IMG/VR virus record: IMGVR_UViG_3300045988_109387
Span: 1 to 29,353 of that record
Source: a virus
Reading direction: 5' to 3' (one strand)
Length of the DNA: 29,353 nucleotides
Shown here: positions 1 through 9,221 of the stretch, piece by piece
How the letters are laid out: every line of letters begins with the position of its first letter
Numbering within the stretch: the stretch's first letter is position 1
Made by a program: the position numbers and the translations under genes
Notes under the pieces: generated by a model
Seen by the model: only the letters and a program-made list of their open reading frames with translations
What the model was told of the DNA's origin: nothing
Database searches by the model: none

Positions 1-55
1 AACAACCGGGGCTTTACCATATCAGACCGACCACGACAACGTCGCCGAAGTCCAC
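1..55. repeat. Terminal direct repeat, copy 1 (identical to 29299..29353); circular-assembly overlap
   Basis: Bases 1-55 (aacaaccggggctttaccatatcagaccgaccacgacaacgtcgccgaagtccac) match 29299-29353 base for base. The ORF at 22..927 and its terminator run across the junction. Confidence 0.9.
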
Positions 56-927
56 GCACCCGTCTCATACGTGATATCCTTAAGAGGTCTCACATACAAT
101 CCAGTCTCATCCAACTGAAAACCACTATACTCAACACCAACAGCCGGAACATTCAAATCAGTCACATTCGGCTTCACATACTCCGGGAACGTCAAAATCT
201 GACTCTTCGACCACGCCTTCGCCTCCCATGCGGGGCCTCTCGTCGCCTTAACGGCCATACTGACAATATTACCGGACATCGAACACTCATACCAGACAGA
301 CCAATCCTTCGCCCATTGGCCCTGACCCAACCGAATATTAGTCAATGACAGCCACTCATCATTGATACGACGATACCGCTGGCCATCGGACGATGTAACG
401 GCTTCAACCCCATTGACAGCCCAAACCGCGATCAACTGATTCCAATCATTCACCTCGATCGTGCCATCAACATGGATCTTCGGAGCCACATCAGACACGG
501 TACCAGCCGTAACCCTAGCGATGACCAGACCATTGATCTGCGCGTTGGGAATACTGGCATCCCACGACTGCAACCACGCGCCCGGAGTCTCACCATGAGA
601 CAGACTCGGATCATAAGCGGCGACCACAATCTTATAATCACCCGTCGAATCAGCCACGTTCACCGTCATAGGCTCCGTTACCGCATAAGTGTACGAGCCG
701 GTCTCATTCCACGGTCTCACGGTACCGCAATGAGGCTTAACGGTGACAGTCAACCCGTCAATCGTCACCAACGGGCTAGGACTGCCATACCGGACACCCT
801 GAACGCCACCGAAAGCAGAACCATCGGACGGGACCAAGAACGGATTGACAACACGCCGATAATCATCAGCCGTATAAGTCGGAAGCCCGTTCAAAGCAGT
901 CAAAGGATGCAATACGATATCCGTCAT
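22..927 (-). CDS. Putative tail fibre / receptor-binding protein (last gene of the tail module)
   Basis: 301-aa ORF from the track. It is the last gene of the minus-strand tail module, after the Tal-like and fibre-like genes, and is followed by a terminator hairpin plus T-run across the circular junction. I recognise no named motif, so the function is by position only. Confidence 0.45.
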   Translation of the reverse strand: MTDIVLHPLTALNGLPTYTADDYRRVVNPFLVPSDGSAFGGVQGVRYGSPSPLVTIDGLTVTVKPHCGTVRPWNETGSYTYAVTEPMTVNVADSTGDYKIVVAAYDPSLSHGETPGAWLQSWDASIPNAQINGLVIARVTAGTVSDVAPKIHVDGTIEVNDWNQLIAVWAVNGVEAVTSSDGQRYRRINDEWLSLTNIRLGQGQWAKDWSVWYECSMSGNIVSMAVKATRGPAWEAKAWSKSQILTFPEYVKPNVTDLNVPAVGVEYSGFQLDETGLYVRPLKDITYETGAWTSATLSWSV

Positions 928-943
928 AAATCATTCCTCACAA

Positions 944-1618
944 TCAATTCTTCGACGTGGACACACCCATTTTACCCACCACGGAAGATAGTCGGGAAAC
1001 CTCCGCCCTAAGCTCGTCCACCCCATCCATAGCCTCCTGAACCAAACGCAAAGCAGCCACACTCAACCTCGGATAGTCAACGCCGACCGGATTCCCCTCA
1101 TCATCGTATTCGCAGAAGAAGCCAAGCCCGGCATCATCCAAATCTTCAGCCAGAAACCCGACAACCGGCTGAGCGTCATCAAGCTTCAGGTTCAGATCAT
1201 CATTCAGGAAATACACCTTCCACCCCAACCGACGGAGAGCGCCAACGGGAATGAACCCATCAGCATCAGTGACACCCGACACCGAAGACGCCGACGAACA
1301 ATCAACCCCCAACACGCCATCATGAAGACAATAAACCGGCTTCCTATAAGTCGACGAAAGCGGATTATCATACATGTTACGAACACCGGTACCACCATGA
1401 GCAGACACCACCACCGCATTTGCCTCGCCAACATCAGCCTGATTCTGCTTAGTGGCCAACGATTCAAAATCCTTCTCGACATCAGAAACACGTTCACCCA
1501 ATCGACTGACACTCTTACCGACACTAGCCAGCAGTTCCCGCAACTGACGGTGAACCTCCGCGAACTGACGGGCGGTAGCATCCACCCCATCGAGAGAAAA
1601 CCTGAACTTACTTTGCAT
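944..1618 (-). CDS. Tail-fibre-like protein with a C-terminal intramolecular chaperone (peptidase S74-like) domain
   Basis: 224 aa. The N-terminus looks coiled-coil (RQLRELLASVGKSVSRLGERVSDVEKDFESL). The C-terminal stretch VVGFLAEDLDDAGLGFFCEYDDEGNPVGVDYPRLSVAALRLVQEAMDGVDELRAEVSRL fits the pattern of the tail-fibre auto-chaperone domain. Confidence 0.5.
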   Translation of the reverse strand: MQSKFRFSLDGVDATARQFAEVHRQLRELLASVGKSVSRLGERVSDVEKDFESLATKQNQADVGEANAVVVSAHGGTGVRNMYDNPLSSTYRKPVYCLHDGVLGVDCSSASSVSGVTDADGFIPVGALRRLGWKVYFLNDDLNLKLDDAQPVVGFLAEDLDDAGLGFFCEYDDEGNPVGVDYPRLSVAALRLVQEAMDGVDELRAEVSRLSSVVGKMGVSTSKN

Positions 1619-1627
1619 CAGAACCTC

Positions 1628-2734
1628 CTACTGCAATACAGGCGTAATAGTCCACACGCCACTAAAATCAATGTCATATCCGACGACACGAGCCTCACCA
1701 TGATCAAACCCATCGAAACGACCATCATCATCGGAGACGGTCCACGCGACCACATCCCCGGGCCTCCACTCCTCGTAAACGATCGGAGCGGCCAACAGGC
1801 TCAACGTCATGCTTATAGTATTCGTACCATCCCGCAATTGCCGCAACGAAGCCGAAGCGTGAGCATTCAAAGTCTCTTTCTGCGTAATGCTCAACGACGG
1901 ATGAACAACATGCTCCACAACAGGACGATAAGACTGTTCGGCCACCATCGTATCGGAACGCAACAGGGTTTCGCCGGTCGTATCCCCGACCGCCACGACC
2001 ATGTTCGCACCATAGCCAGCCGTATAATCCTCCAATACCCTGAAAGACGTCATCACGCTCTCCTCAAACGTCGTGACCGGCGTAACGGAACCTATCCTAT
2101 CCGCAACCGTCAAAACCGGCAGGTACCCGCCATCAACGGCCCTCCATGACGTACACCATTCCGGGCCATTCTGCACGTTCGACAACTCCTGAAGAACACT
2201 CAACAACGTCTTATCGGAAGACTCCTTATACGTCCTATCACGCTTAACGGAGCTATGTTTCGTCTCCACGTCGAACACGAACCGGTGATCCTTAAACGTA
2301 GACTTCACGAGATCATCCACGATCCGAGTCTGCCCCCAAGCGGAATAGGAATGATCCCCCACATACACGCTATCGAAATAATGCTCAACGGTCGCCACCG
2401 TGAGCGTCAACCCATCGCCCTGCAACGTCCGTTCACGTTTAACGACAATACCACCCCATAACACCGTCGAACCACGAACCAAAAGAATCGCCACTCCATA
2501 CGGGATCGTAGCCTCATTCCAATTGGACGGAACATTCGCCCACGGAAGCGTCATCGTCTCACTCGTCGCCTCCTCAAACCGATACGAAAGCTTGGAAACC
2601 TGCAAGTCCGGAAACTCAGCCAATACGATCCCACTGGTCAAAGACACGGCAAGAAACTGAAAACCTGCAGTATCCCACATGACGCGACCACGACCGAAAA
2701 TAGAAACCCCATTCAAAACATTAGTCGAACCCAT
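1628..2734 (-). CDS. Tal-like minor tail protein / tail tip hub
   Basis: 368 aa, immediately downstream of the Dit-like gene in the canonical TMP-Dit-Tal order of siphoviruses. There are 12 nt between the upstream stop codon and this ATG. Confidence 0.55.
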   Translation of the reverse strand: MGSTNVLNGVSIFGRGRVMWDTAGFQFLAVSLTSGIVLAEFPDLQVSKLSYRFEEATSETMTLPWANVPSNWNEATIPYGVAILLVRGSTVLWGGIVVKRERTLQGDGLTLTVATVEHYFDSVYVGDHSYSAWGQTRIVDDLVKSTFKDHRFVFDVETKHSSVKRDRTYKESSDKTLLSVLQELSNVQNGPEWCTSWRAVDGGYLPVLTVADRIGSVTPVTTFEESVMTSFRVLEDYTAGYGANMVVAVGDTTGETLLRSDTMVAEQSYRPVVEHVVHPSLSITQKETLNAHASASLRQLRDGTNTISMTLSLLAAPIVYEEWRPGDVVAWTVSDDDGRFDGFDHGEARVVGYDIDFSGVWTITPVLQ

Positions 2735-2746
2735 GGCATTCCTCCT

Positions 2747-3637
2747 TCACAGGTAAGCCGGGTAGAACGAAACCGTCATCCGAGCCGTATTTGAATACTC
2801 ACCAGCATTGAAACCCCAAACATTCAACCCGGGTTCCGCCTGACTCCACTCACGACGAACGACACGACCACGGGCCGGATCCGTACCATCAACCAGAATC
2901 TCATGCGTCACACCATTGATGGTCACATAATGGGCACTACCAAGGCTCATATTAAAAGCAATGGTATGCCCACTCCCCACATGCGATACCTGCGGGTTGA
3001 CGACAGGACCGTCAATACGGATCATCATCGGGCTGGGAGCTGTACCATCATTCGACAGGGACACCTTGCCGGATATGACAGTCTCGCTCCACACCCATTG
3101 AGACAACGATTCGGTGGGATCCTCGAACCTGTAAGGGAAGGTCATACCCCCCGACGCGTTCGGTAGGAAGGAAGTACCGGACACGGGATCCAACCCATGC
3201 AGGTACGGGCTCAAAGACGTCAACCCAAGACTGAAACGGAGAATATTCACCCCATCCCATTTGATCAACGGTGCTGGCCCAGACTGCCATACCCGTACCT
3301 GACGGCCAATCTTCCCCAATCGTGCGATCAGCAGCATTCCACCAGTATCCAAAACGCTCTTAAACGCATTCCACGAAGTAATGCATGATTCCGTACAGCG
3401 GCCGATGATATGACCTTCGATCGTAATGGTCCGGCCTTGCAAGCGTGGTAGGTTACCATACCAGCCATCAGTCATGGTCTTTTCGCTCGTTTTCAACGTG
3501 GACGCGACACCGTCGAACAAGCCGGACACGTCCTGAAACGTCACATGCCATTCGCACCCGTTATCATCTACCCCATACAAGGGAAAACCATTCAACGTCA
3601 ATTGAAGATCGCGAGGATCAGTAGGAAACATGCTCAT
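2747..3637 (-). CDS. Distal tail protein (Dit-like)
   Basis: 296 aa, the first gene after the tape measure. Both position and size are typical for Dit. Confidence 0.55.
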   Translation of the reverse strand: MSMFPTDPRDLQLTLNGFPLYGVDDNGCEWHVTFQDVSGLFDGVASTLKTSEKTMTDGWYGNLPRLQGRTITIEGHIIGRCTESCITSWNAFKSVLDTGGMLLIARLGKIGRQVRVWQSGPAPLIKWDGVNILRFSLGLTSLSPYLHGLDPVSGTSFLPNASGGMTFPYRFEDPTESLSQWVWSETVISGKVSLSNDGTAPSPMMIRIDGPVVNPQVSHVGSGHTIAFNMSLGSAHYVTINGVTHEILVDGTDPARGRVVRREWSQAEPGLNVWGFNAGEYSNTARMTVSFYPAYL

Positions 3638-3655
3638 AAAACCATCATACCCTTA

Positions 3656-5707
3656 TCACACGTAGCAGAAATTAATCATTCGTACCGTTTCACGAGCCGC
3701 CATCGTCGGATCGGAAGCATTAACGGTAATCGGAGCCGACACTCGAGGACCACTGTTCGTGTCCGCTAAAACCGGAGACGAGACAGGAAGACCTGCCGGG
3801 CTGTTCAACAGACTGTTCGGCATGATGTCAGCGACCATGTGTTGGACCGGGTTCACAGCCAAACTCATGTTCGCTTCAACGCCCTTGCCTAAACCGGCCG
3901 GGATCATCTTGCCTATCTCGTCACGGAACACGCGAGACGGGGAATGAATACCCAACGCGGACTTAGCGGCGTTCACGACATTGGCGGCCGCGTTCTTAGC
4001 TGCCGACACTGCGCTGCTGATAGCGTTCTTAATACCGTTGACCAGACCCATGATGATGTTCTTACCGGCATCCAACAACCAGTTACCGGCCCCGTTGAAC
4101 GCGCCCTTGATCTTACCGCCGATACCCCGTACGGTGTTCATGACACTGTTGACACCATTCGACACGGCACTGGTGATACCATTCCACGCACTTGACACCA
4201 GTCCCTTGACCGAATTCCAAACACCAGTCCAATAAGCGGCGATGGAGCCCATGACCGAACTGATCACGCCTGAAACAGCGTTGATAGCGGCTGACACGTT
4301 GGCTTTAATACCATTCCATACGGTTGTGATGACATTGCCGATACCATTCCACACGCCATCCCAATCACCCTGCACCGCCGCCAGTACGGTAGTGATAATC
4401 GCGTTGATGACATTCATCACCGAACTGATGACCGTCTGAATATACGGGAACACCGCATCGATGGCACCCTGAATGGTTGACGCGACCGTCGTAAACGCGG
4501 CCTGAACAGTCGGCAACGCCGCCTGTACCACCGCAGCCAGATTATTGATGACCGGCGTGACAGTGGTCATGACCGTCGTCCCAACCTCCGTGAGTTTCGC
4601 GACCAGTGACCCCAACACCGGGGTGAAAGTTTGGAACGCAGCACCCAACACAGGCATGATCGCACTGCCGAGATTCTGACAGGCTTGCATGAACTGTTGC
4701 AAAACAGGCAACAATTGGCTGGACACGATCTGGGCTACCGGAGCGAAAGAAGACTGGAACACGCTACCGATCTGCTGTAAAACCGGACCAGCCGACGATA
4801 CGAGACCCTTGAACATTCCGGGCAGACTGCCGATACCATCAGCGAGTACGCTCATTCCCTCCGTCAACGGGCCTTTGAACGAGTCCAATATTTGTACGCC
4901 CACATTCACGACGGACGCTTCCAAATTACCCATGGCACCCTCGATGGTTTGAGTGCTCGTGGCCGCTTCCTTCGCAGCATCGGTCATACCCAAATCCATG
5001 ACGGCCTTATTGAATTCCTCGGCCGATATCTTACCCTTGGCCATCGCATCACGAAAATCACCCGTGTATGCGCCGTTCTTCTTCATGGCTTCCTGAAGTT
5101 TGCCGGATGCGCCCGGGATAGCATCACTTAACTGGTTCCAGTTTTCGGTCGTGAGCTTGCCGGCACCAGCCGTCTGAGTGAGTACCATGCCAACTGATCG
5201 GAACGTGTCCGCGTTACCGCCGGCTACCGCGTTCAGGTTACCCGCGGCTTCAGCTAAGTCGGCGTATCCGTCCACGCCGTTCGCTGCCAGTTGGGCTGTC
5301 GTGTTGCGAATGTCGGACAGGTCGTATACTGTCTGGTCGGCGTATTTTTGCGTGCTTGCGGTAAGTTTGTCGATGGTGCTTGTGTCCAAGCCAGCGAAAG
5401 ACAATGTGCTAGCGAACTTCTGAGCACTGTCGGAGGCTTCGATGATACCACCGCTAAGATTCGAGATAGCGTCCACGGCCATATTAACGCCAGTGGAAAC
5501 CAAACCACCCATCGCTCCCGCGATAGCAGCGAATTTACCGGCACCCCCGGAAGCCTTGGTGGACGACTTATCAATCTGGTCCATGCCTTCGCCGGCTTGG
5601 CGAGCGGATTGTTCTATCTGTCGGCTACCGGATTGAATGGTTTTAACACCGGCTTCCCAATCACTGGTGTTAATTTCAGCGTCGAGTATGAGCGTGGAGT
5701 CAGCCAT
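3656..5707 (-). CDS. Tape measure protein
   Basis: 683 aa and Ala/Gly/Ser/Val-rich. It has repeated W-x-G motifs (VWNGIGNVITTVWNGIKANVSAAINAV...WTGVWNSVKGLVSSAWNGITSAV) and follows the G/T chaperone pair. Confidence 0.9.
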   Translation of the reverse strand: MADSTLILDAEINTSDWEAGVKTIQSGSRQIEQSARQAGEGMDQIDKSSTKASGGAGKFAAIAGAMGGLVSTGVNMAVDAISNLSGGIIEASDSAQKFASTLSFAGLDTSTIDKLTASTQKYADQTVYDLSDIRNTTAQLAANGVDGYADLAEAAGNLNAVAGGNADTFRSVGMVLTQTAGAGKLTTENWNQLSDAIPGASGKLQEAMKKNGAYTGDFRDAMAKGKISAEEFNKAVMDLGMTDAAKEAATSTQTIEGAMGNLEASVVNVGVQILDSFKGPLTEGMSVLADGIGSLPGMFKGLVSSAGPVLQQIGSVFQSSFAPVAQIVSSQLLPVLQQFMQACQNLGSAIMPVLGAAFQTFTPVLGSLVAKLTEVGTTVMTTVTPVINNLAAVVQAALPTVQAAFTTVASTIQGAIDAVFPYIQTVISSVMNVINAIITTVLAAVQGDWDGVWNGIGNVITTVWNGIKANVSAAINAVSGVISSVMGSIAAYWTGVWNSVKGLVSSAWNGITSAVSNGVNSVMNTVRGIGGKIKGAFNGAGNWLLDAGKNIIMGLVNGIKNAISSAVSAAKNAAANVVNAAKSALGIHSPSRVFRDEIGKMIPAGLGKGVEANMSLAVNPVQHMVADIMPNSLLNSPAGLPVSSPVLADTNSGPRVSAPITVNASDPTMAARETVRMINFCYV

Positions 5708-5708
5708 T

Positions 5709-6038
5709 TTATCGATCCTTTCCGAGTTCGTTTATGATGCGGCTGATTTTCTGGTCTCCATGTTTGGTGAATGCGGCTGTCAAGCATTCGAAGGTCAACC
5801 GGTATTGTTCGGCTAAACGGATTTGATGCAAGTGTTGGCCTTCTTTGATCAGGTCGAGCATTAGGCTTGGTGTTAGCTTGTTTTCCAATGCGTCATGGAT
5901 AGCTTCCCACCCGTATAGGTTGCCGAGTTCGGCAAGGATGCGAATACTGGGTGAAGCATGTTGGCGTGTTTCCTGTTGTTTGAATGCTTGCATCCGCTGT
6001 TTTTCAGCGGGGGTGAGAAGACTATCCCATGAACGCAT
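5709..6038 (-). CDS. Tail assembly chaperone, T-like segment
   Basis: 109-aa ORF between the G-like gene and the TMP. It lies in the -1 frame relative to 6047..6397. Its TAA stop (5711..5709) is one nucleotide upstream of the TMP ATG (5707). Confidence 0.5.
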   Translation of the reverse strand: MRSWDSLLTPAEKQRMQAFKQQETRQHASPSIRILAELGNLYGWEAIHDALENKLTPSLMLDLIKEGQHLHQIRLAEQYRLTFECLTAAFTKHGDQKISRIINELGKDR

Positions 6039-6046
6039 GTTATATG

Positions 6047-6397
6047 TCAGCCTTTGATGTCGAGGGTGAGGTTTTCAGCCATAAGCTTGCAGAGCGCGGT
6101 CATTGCCTGCAGGTAGGCGAGGTCGCTACGCTGTCTGGTCTGTTTAGCCCATTCTCGGAAAGCATCGTCAGGACTCATGAGTGATTCGACGAGGGGGAAG
6201 ATGATTTCTTCCGCGACGGTGAGCGTGTCCTTGGTCATTCGGCCGGTAGCGAGCTTGTCGAGTGCTTCGGCATTGTCGAGGATGGTGAGTATGTCTTTCG
6301 ACCCGAGTGGACGCATGGTGTAGGTGATGCCGTCGATTTTGACGGTGAGCTCGCGGAAAGCCTTGCGAGTATCGATGTTCAGGATTGGCGTGGTCAT
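6047..6397 (-). CDS. Tail assembly chaperone, G-like
   Basis: I chose the ATG at 6397 (MTTPILNIDTRK...) because AAAGGAG lies 5 nt upstream. The track ORF extends to 6472, but that extension overlaps a hairpin. The gene sits between the major tail protein and the TMP. Confidence 0.55.
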   Translation of the reverse strand: MTTPILNIDTRKAFRELTVKIDGITYTMRPLGSKDILTILDNAEALDKLATGRMTKDTLTVAEEIIFPLVESLMSPDDAFREWAKQTRQRSDLAYLQAMTALCKLMAENLTLDIKG

Positions 6398-6506
6398 TTC
6401 TGCTCCTTTGAATATGGTATTATGGGTATTGGCTCCTTTATTTGCCATTGTGTTGACTGGAAGGCCCGTCATCGTATTGGAACGGTGACGGGCTTTCTTA
6501 GTTGGT

Positions 6507-7331
6507 TCAGGCTGTCACGTTAACGTTGACGACGGTCTGCACGCTTCCGCTCTTGAAGGTGATGGTGCCGGTACCTTCCTGTTTCAGGGTTACTGTCCAT
6601 GTGCCATCACCATTGTCGGAGGCTTCAGCCAATTCTGGTCCGGTGATGGTGGCGGTAATGTCACCGGTGGAACCGTTCGGCATGGTGGTCACGTTGATTT
6701 TCATCGTGTCGTTGACTTTGCCGGTGATGGTGGATGGGGTGGCGGTTAGTTCAGTGATTGAACTTTCTGCTGTTTTGATCGTTCCGGTGGTCTCATCATA
6801 GTAGGATGGCGTGTCGAGGCTGAGTTCGCCCATGACTACTGCGCCTTCGGAGCTGGCGGTCATGGTGCCGGTGAGGGTTACGACGAAGGGGTCGCTGAGA
6901 CTGATGTTGAATTCGCCTCCGGCGCTGATGAGGGCTTGTGGGATGCGGAAGTCTTGTGCGCTGGAGTGTCCGTCGCAGACGTTGTGGATGATGATGTCGC
7001 GTGGCGTGTTGCTGACGCATTCGTTGCCGCCGAATCGGACTTGGCCGGTTTCACTCATGTTTCCGCTGATGACGCGTTTGAATGAGGCGTTGTGGTAGAG
7101 TTCCGGGAACAGCATGCCGAGGAAGCGTACGCTTGGGCAGATGATGTTGAGTTCGAAGCTCATTTCGTCGTAGCTGCCGTTTGGTACTTTGATGGTGCCT
7201 GACTGGCTGGCAATTTCGGTGGTGCTTGGGGTGAGGGTGATGGTGCCGACTTCGTCTTGGATGTAGTCAGGTGGGATGATCATGTCGTCGATGTAGACGG
7301 TTTTTTTGCCGATGATTGGGTAGGATGCCAT
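6507..7331 (-). CDS. Major tail protein with a C-terminal Ig-like (Big_2-type) domain
   Basis: 274 aa, positioned upstream of the chaperones. The C-terminal ~80 aa (ITGKVNDTMKINVTTMPNGSTGDITATITGPELAEASDNGDGTWTVTLKQEGTGTITFKSGSVQTVVNVNV) match the Big_2 pattern. Confidence 0.75.
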   Translation of the reverse strand: MASYPIIGKKTVYIDDMIIPPDYIQDEVGTITLTPSTTEIASQSGTIKVPNGSYDEMSFELNIICPSVRFLGMLFPELYHNASFKRVISGNMSETGQVRFGGNECVSNTPRDIIIHNVCDGHSSAQDFRIPQALISAGGEFNISLSDPFVVTLTGTMTASSEGAVVMGELSLDTPSYYDETTGTIKTAESSITELTATPSTITGKVNDTMKINVTTMPNGSTGDITATITGPELAEASDNGDGTWTVTLKQEGTGTITFKSGSVQTVVNVNVTA

Positions 7332-7385
7332 TTTTGTTCCTTTCGGTTGGCGTGTTTGTTTTTGGTGTGTTGTGCCGTTTTTATT

Positions 7386-7811
7386 TTACAGTGTCGTTGG
7401 GTTGAGTTTGTAGTCGATTTGGAACCGGATGCTTTTTACCCAGTGGCCTTCGTGGTCGATGGCGTCTAGGTCGATGGCGGTGGCTGGGTGGGTGCGGATG
7501 CTTTCGTAGGTGATGTTGGTGATTGGTTGGCAGGTGAGTTGGCAGTAGTGGGGGAGTGTGTTGTTGATGAGGTTGAGGAGTCGGAGCATGAGTCGTCCTT
7601 GGGTGAGGACGTCGTTGTGGCGGCTGCTGATGGTGATTTGGTCGGTGTAGAGGTCGCCGTTGATGTCGACGGTGTTGGCGTTGACCCAGATGCCTTCTTG
7701 GTTGGTGATGGTGCCGGTGTCGAGGATGGGGCTGGTGCCGAAGAAGAGGTTTTGGCCGTAGGTGCCGTAGCCTTCGTTTTGGAGGGTCATGCATATTGCG
7801 AGGTCTATCAT
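7386..7811 (-). CDS. Tail terminator / tail completion protein (by position)
   Basis: 141 aa, immediately upstream of the major tail gene and downstream of the gp10-like gene. The opposite-strand and alternate-frame ORFs here are Arg/Pro/His-rich shadow ORFs. Confidence 0.45.
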   Translation of the reverse strand: MIDLAICMTLQNEGYGTYGQNLFFGTSPILDTGTITNQEGIWVNANTVDINGDLYTDQITISSRHNDVLTQGRLMLRLLNLINNTLPHYCQLTCQPITNITYESIRTHPATAIDLDAIDHEGHWVKSIRFQIDYKLNPTTL

Positions 7812-7819
7812 GGGGGTCC

Positions 7820-8140
7820 TTAGAGGTTGAAGTAGGTTTTGATTTTGTTGTTTGCTGTGGTGGCGGCGCGTTCCAAGTATCTGGTGGTGTTGGGGTGGAG
7901 CCGGTTGGTGTGTTCGCGGAGGCGGGCGTAGGGGATGCGACTATTGCCGAAGGTGATTCGCCAGTGGAGTGTGCCGGCTTGTTGGAAGCGGCCGCTGTTG
8001 CGTAGGGCTCCGGTTTGGACTGGCGCGTTTTGGCGGGCTAGGCGGAGGATGTCGGTCATCATTCGGACTCCGCCTTTGTTGAGTTGTTGGGTGGAGAGTT
8101 TGCGGGTCCATGATGGGTTGGTTTTGAGTTGGTAGCTCAT
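7820..8140 (-). CDS. HK97 gp10-family head-tail joining protein
   Basis: 106 aa. LARQNAPVQTGALRNSGRF matches the conserved (a)P-x-x-TG-x-L-r-x-S core of the gp10 family. Its start overlaps the stop of the upstream gene by 4 nt. Confidence 0.6.
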   Translation of the reverse strand: MSYQLKTNPSWTRKLSTQQLNKGGVRMMTDILRLARQNAPVQTGALRNSGRFQQAGTLHWRITFGNSRIPYARLREHTNRLHPNTTRYLERAATTANNKIKTYFNL

Positions 8141-8508
8141 AGGCTAGTCCTTGCGTAGGGGTTACCGGTGAGGGTGATGAATTGGGTTTTACCGGTGTCC
8201 ATGTCGTCTCCGCGGCTGGCTTTGGTGATTTGGTAGGTGCGTCCGTTGTTGAGTTGGAGTATGAGGTCTGGCCATGCTTCCATATCTGTTTTGAGGTCGT
8301 CGGGGAGGTTGTCGGGTTGGATGTGGAAGCGGCGACTGGTGATACGGCTACCGTATTCGGCGGGTTGGTCGCTTTCGGTGGAGTGTTTGATGATTGTTTT
8401 CACGTTGGCGAGTTTGATGTTGTCGAGGCCTGGTGCCGTGTATTTCCAGATGGTGGCTGTTTGGGTTTGGTTGGGGAATAGGACGAATGGGTTACATTGC
8501 GGTGCCAT
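8137..8508 (-). CDS. Head closure / head-tail adaptor protein (by position)
   Basis: 123-aa ORF in the connector block, overlapping both neighbours (translational coupling). Confidence 0.45.
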   Translation of the reverse strand: MAPQCNPFVLFPNQTQTATIWKYTAPGLDNIKLANVKTIIKHSTESDQPAEYGSRITSRRFHIQPDNLPDDLKTDMEAWPDLILQLNNGRTYQITKASRGDDMDTGKTQFITLTGNPYARTSL

Positions 8509-9148
8509 ATGTGTAGTCGCCTCCTAGGTAGTCTTGCGTATTGAGCCACCATGGCTGGTTGTGGTGGGGTTTTGGCATGCTGAGGATGCCGCCGGTGTTT
8601 GTCGCGGGGCAGAGCCTCCACTGGTCAAGCAGCGCGAGGTAGGGGGCGAGGGCGTGTTCGAGTGTGGTTTGCGTGCTGGTGGCGTAGGAGACGCTTACGT
8701 CTTCGATCTTTTTCGAGGTGATGCTGTCTGATCGGTCCATCATTGACTGGTCGGCTTGGATAATGGCCGTGAGGATGCTTGTGAATGGTGCGGGGAGTTT
8801 TGCGAATCCGTGCGTACCGGTGATGGTGACGGCCATGTCCGGCAGGTATGGTGTGGTGAGCGTCAATGTTTTGGCGTATTTGGTTTCGGGGTCCAGCCCG
8901 TCTGACTTGGTGTATTCGATGGTGTATTCGAGGCTGGTATCGTATGTGGATTTTACGCTGGTTACGTTCGAATACCATGCTGGTAGGTGTACGTGTCGGC
9001 CGTCGTCGCTGACGATGCCTGTCAGGGTTTCCGTTGACTGGTCGAAGCTCATGCAGAGCATATTGGCAAGATCGGCCAATGCGGCGTCTTTCCATGTCGT
9101 GTAGGCGGTGTCGCCGACTTGGGTGCGTATGTTGTCGTCTATTATCAT
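8492..9148 (-). CDS. Head-tail connector protein (by position)
   Basis: 218 aa. GGAGGAAAA precedes the ATG at 9148. It is the first gene after the capsid / collagen-like genes. Confidence 0.4.
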   Translation of the reverse strand: MIIDDNIRTQVGDTAYTTWKDAALADLANMLCMSFDQSTETLTGIVSDDGRHVHLPAWYSNVTSVKSTYDTSLEYTIEYTKSDGLDPETKYAKTLTLTTPYLPDMAVTITGTHGFAKLPAPFTSILTAIIQADQSMMDRSDSITSKKIEDVSVSYATSTQTTLEHALAPYLALLDQWRLCPATNTGGILSMPKPHHNQPWWLNTQDYLGGDYTYGTAM

Positions 9149-9221
9149 TTTTCCTCCGGGGAAATGAATAGGTCCTACCGTTTATTGTAACGATAGGACC
9201 TAATTGTTTACTGGCTGGTTA

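Noticed and set aside
7381-7794. Long Arg/Pro/His-rich ORFs in alternate frames or on the opposite strand of real genes. Other examples are 8625..9095, 11703..12917, 13541..14302, 14357..14797, 20255..20710, 21061..21546, 23842..24444, 25019..25339, 26702..27115 and 27581..28114.
   Set aside because: These are typical shadow ORFs produced by the extreme base skew. They have low-complexity RPHQ-rich translations and overlap ORFs with clear family motifs.
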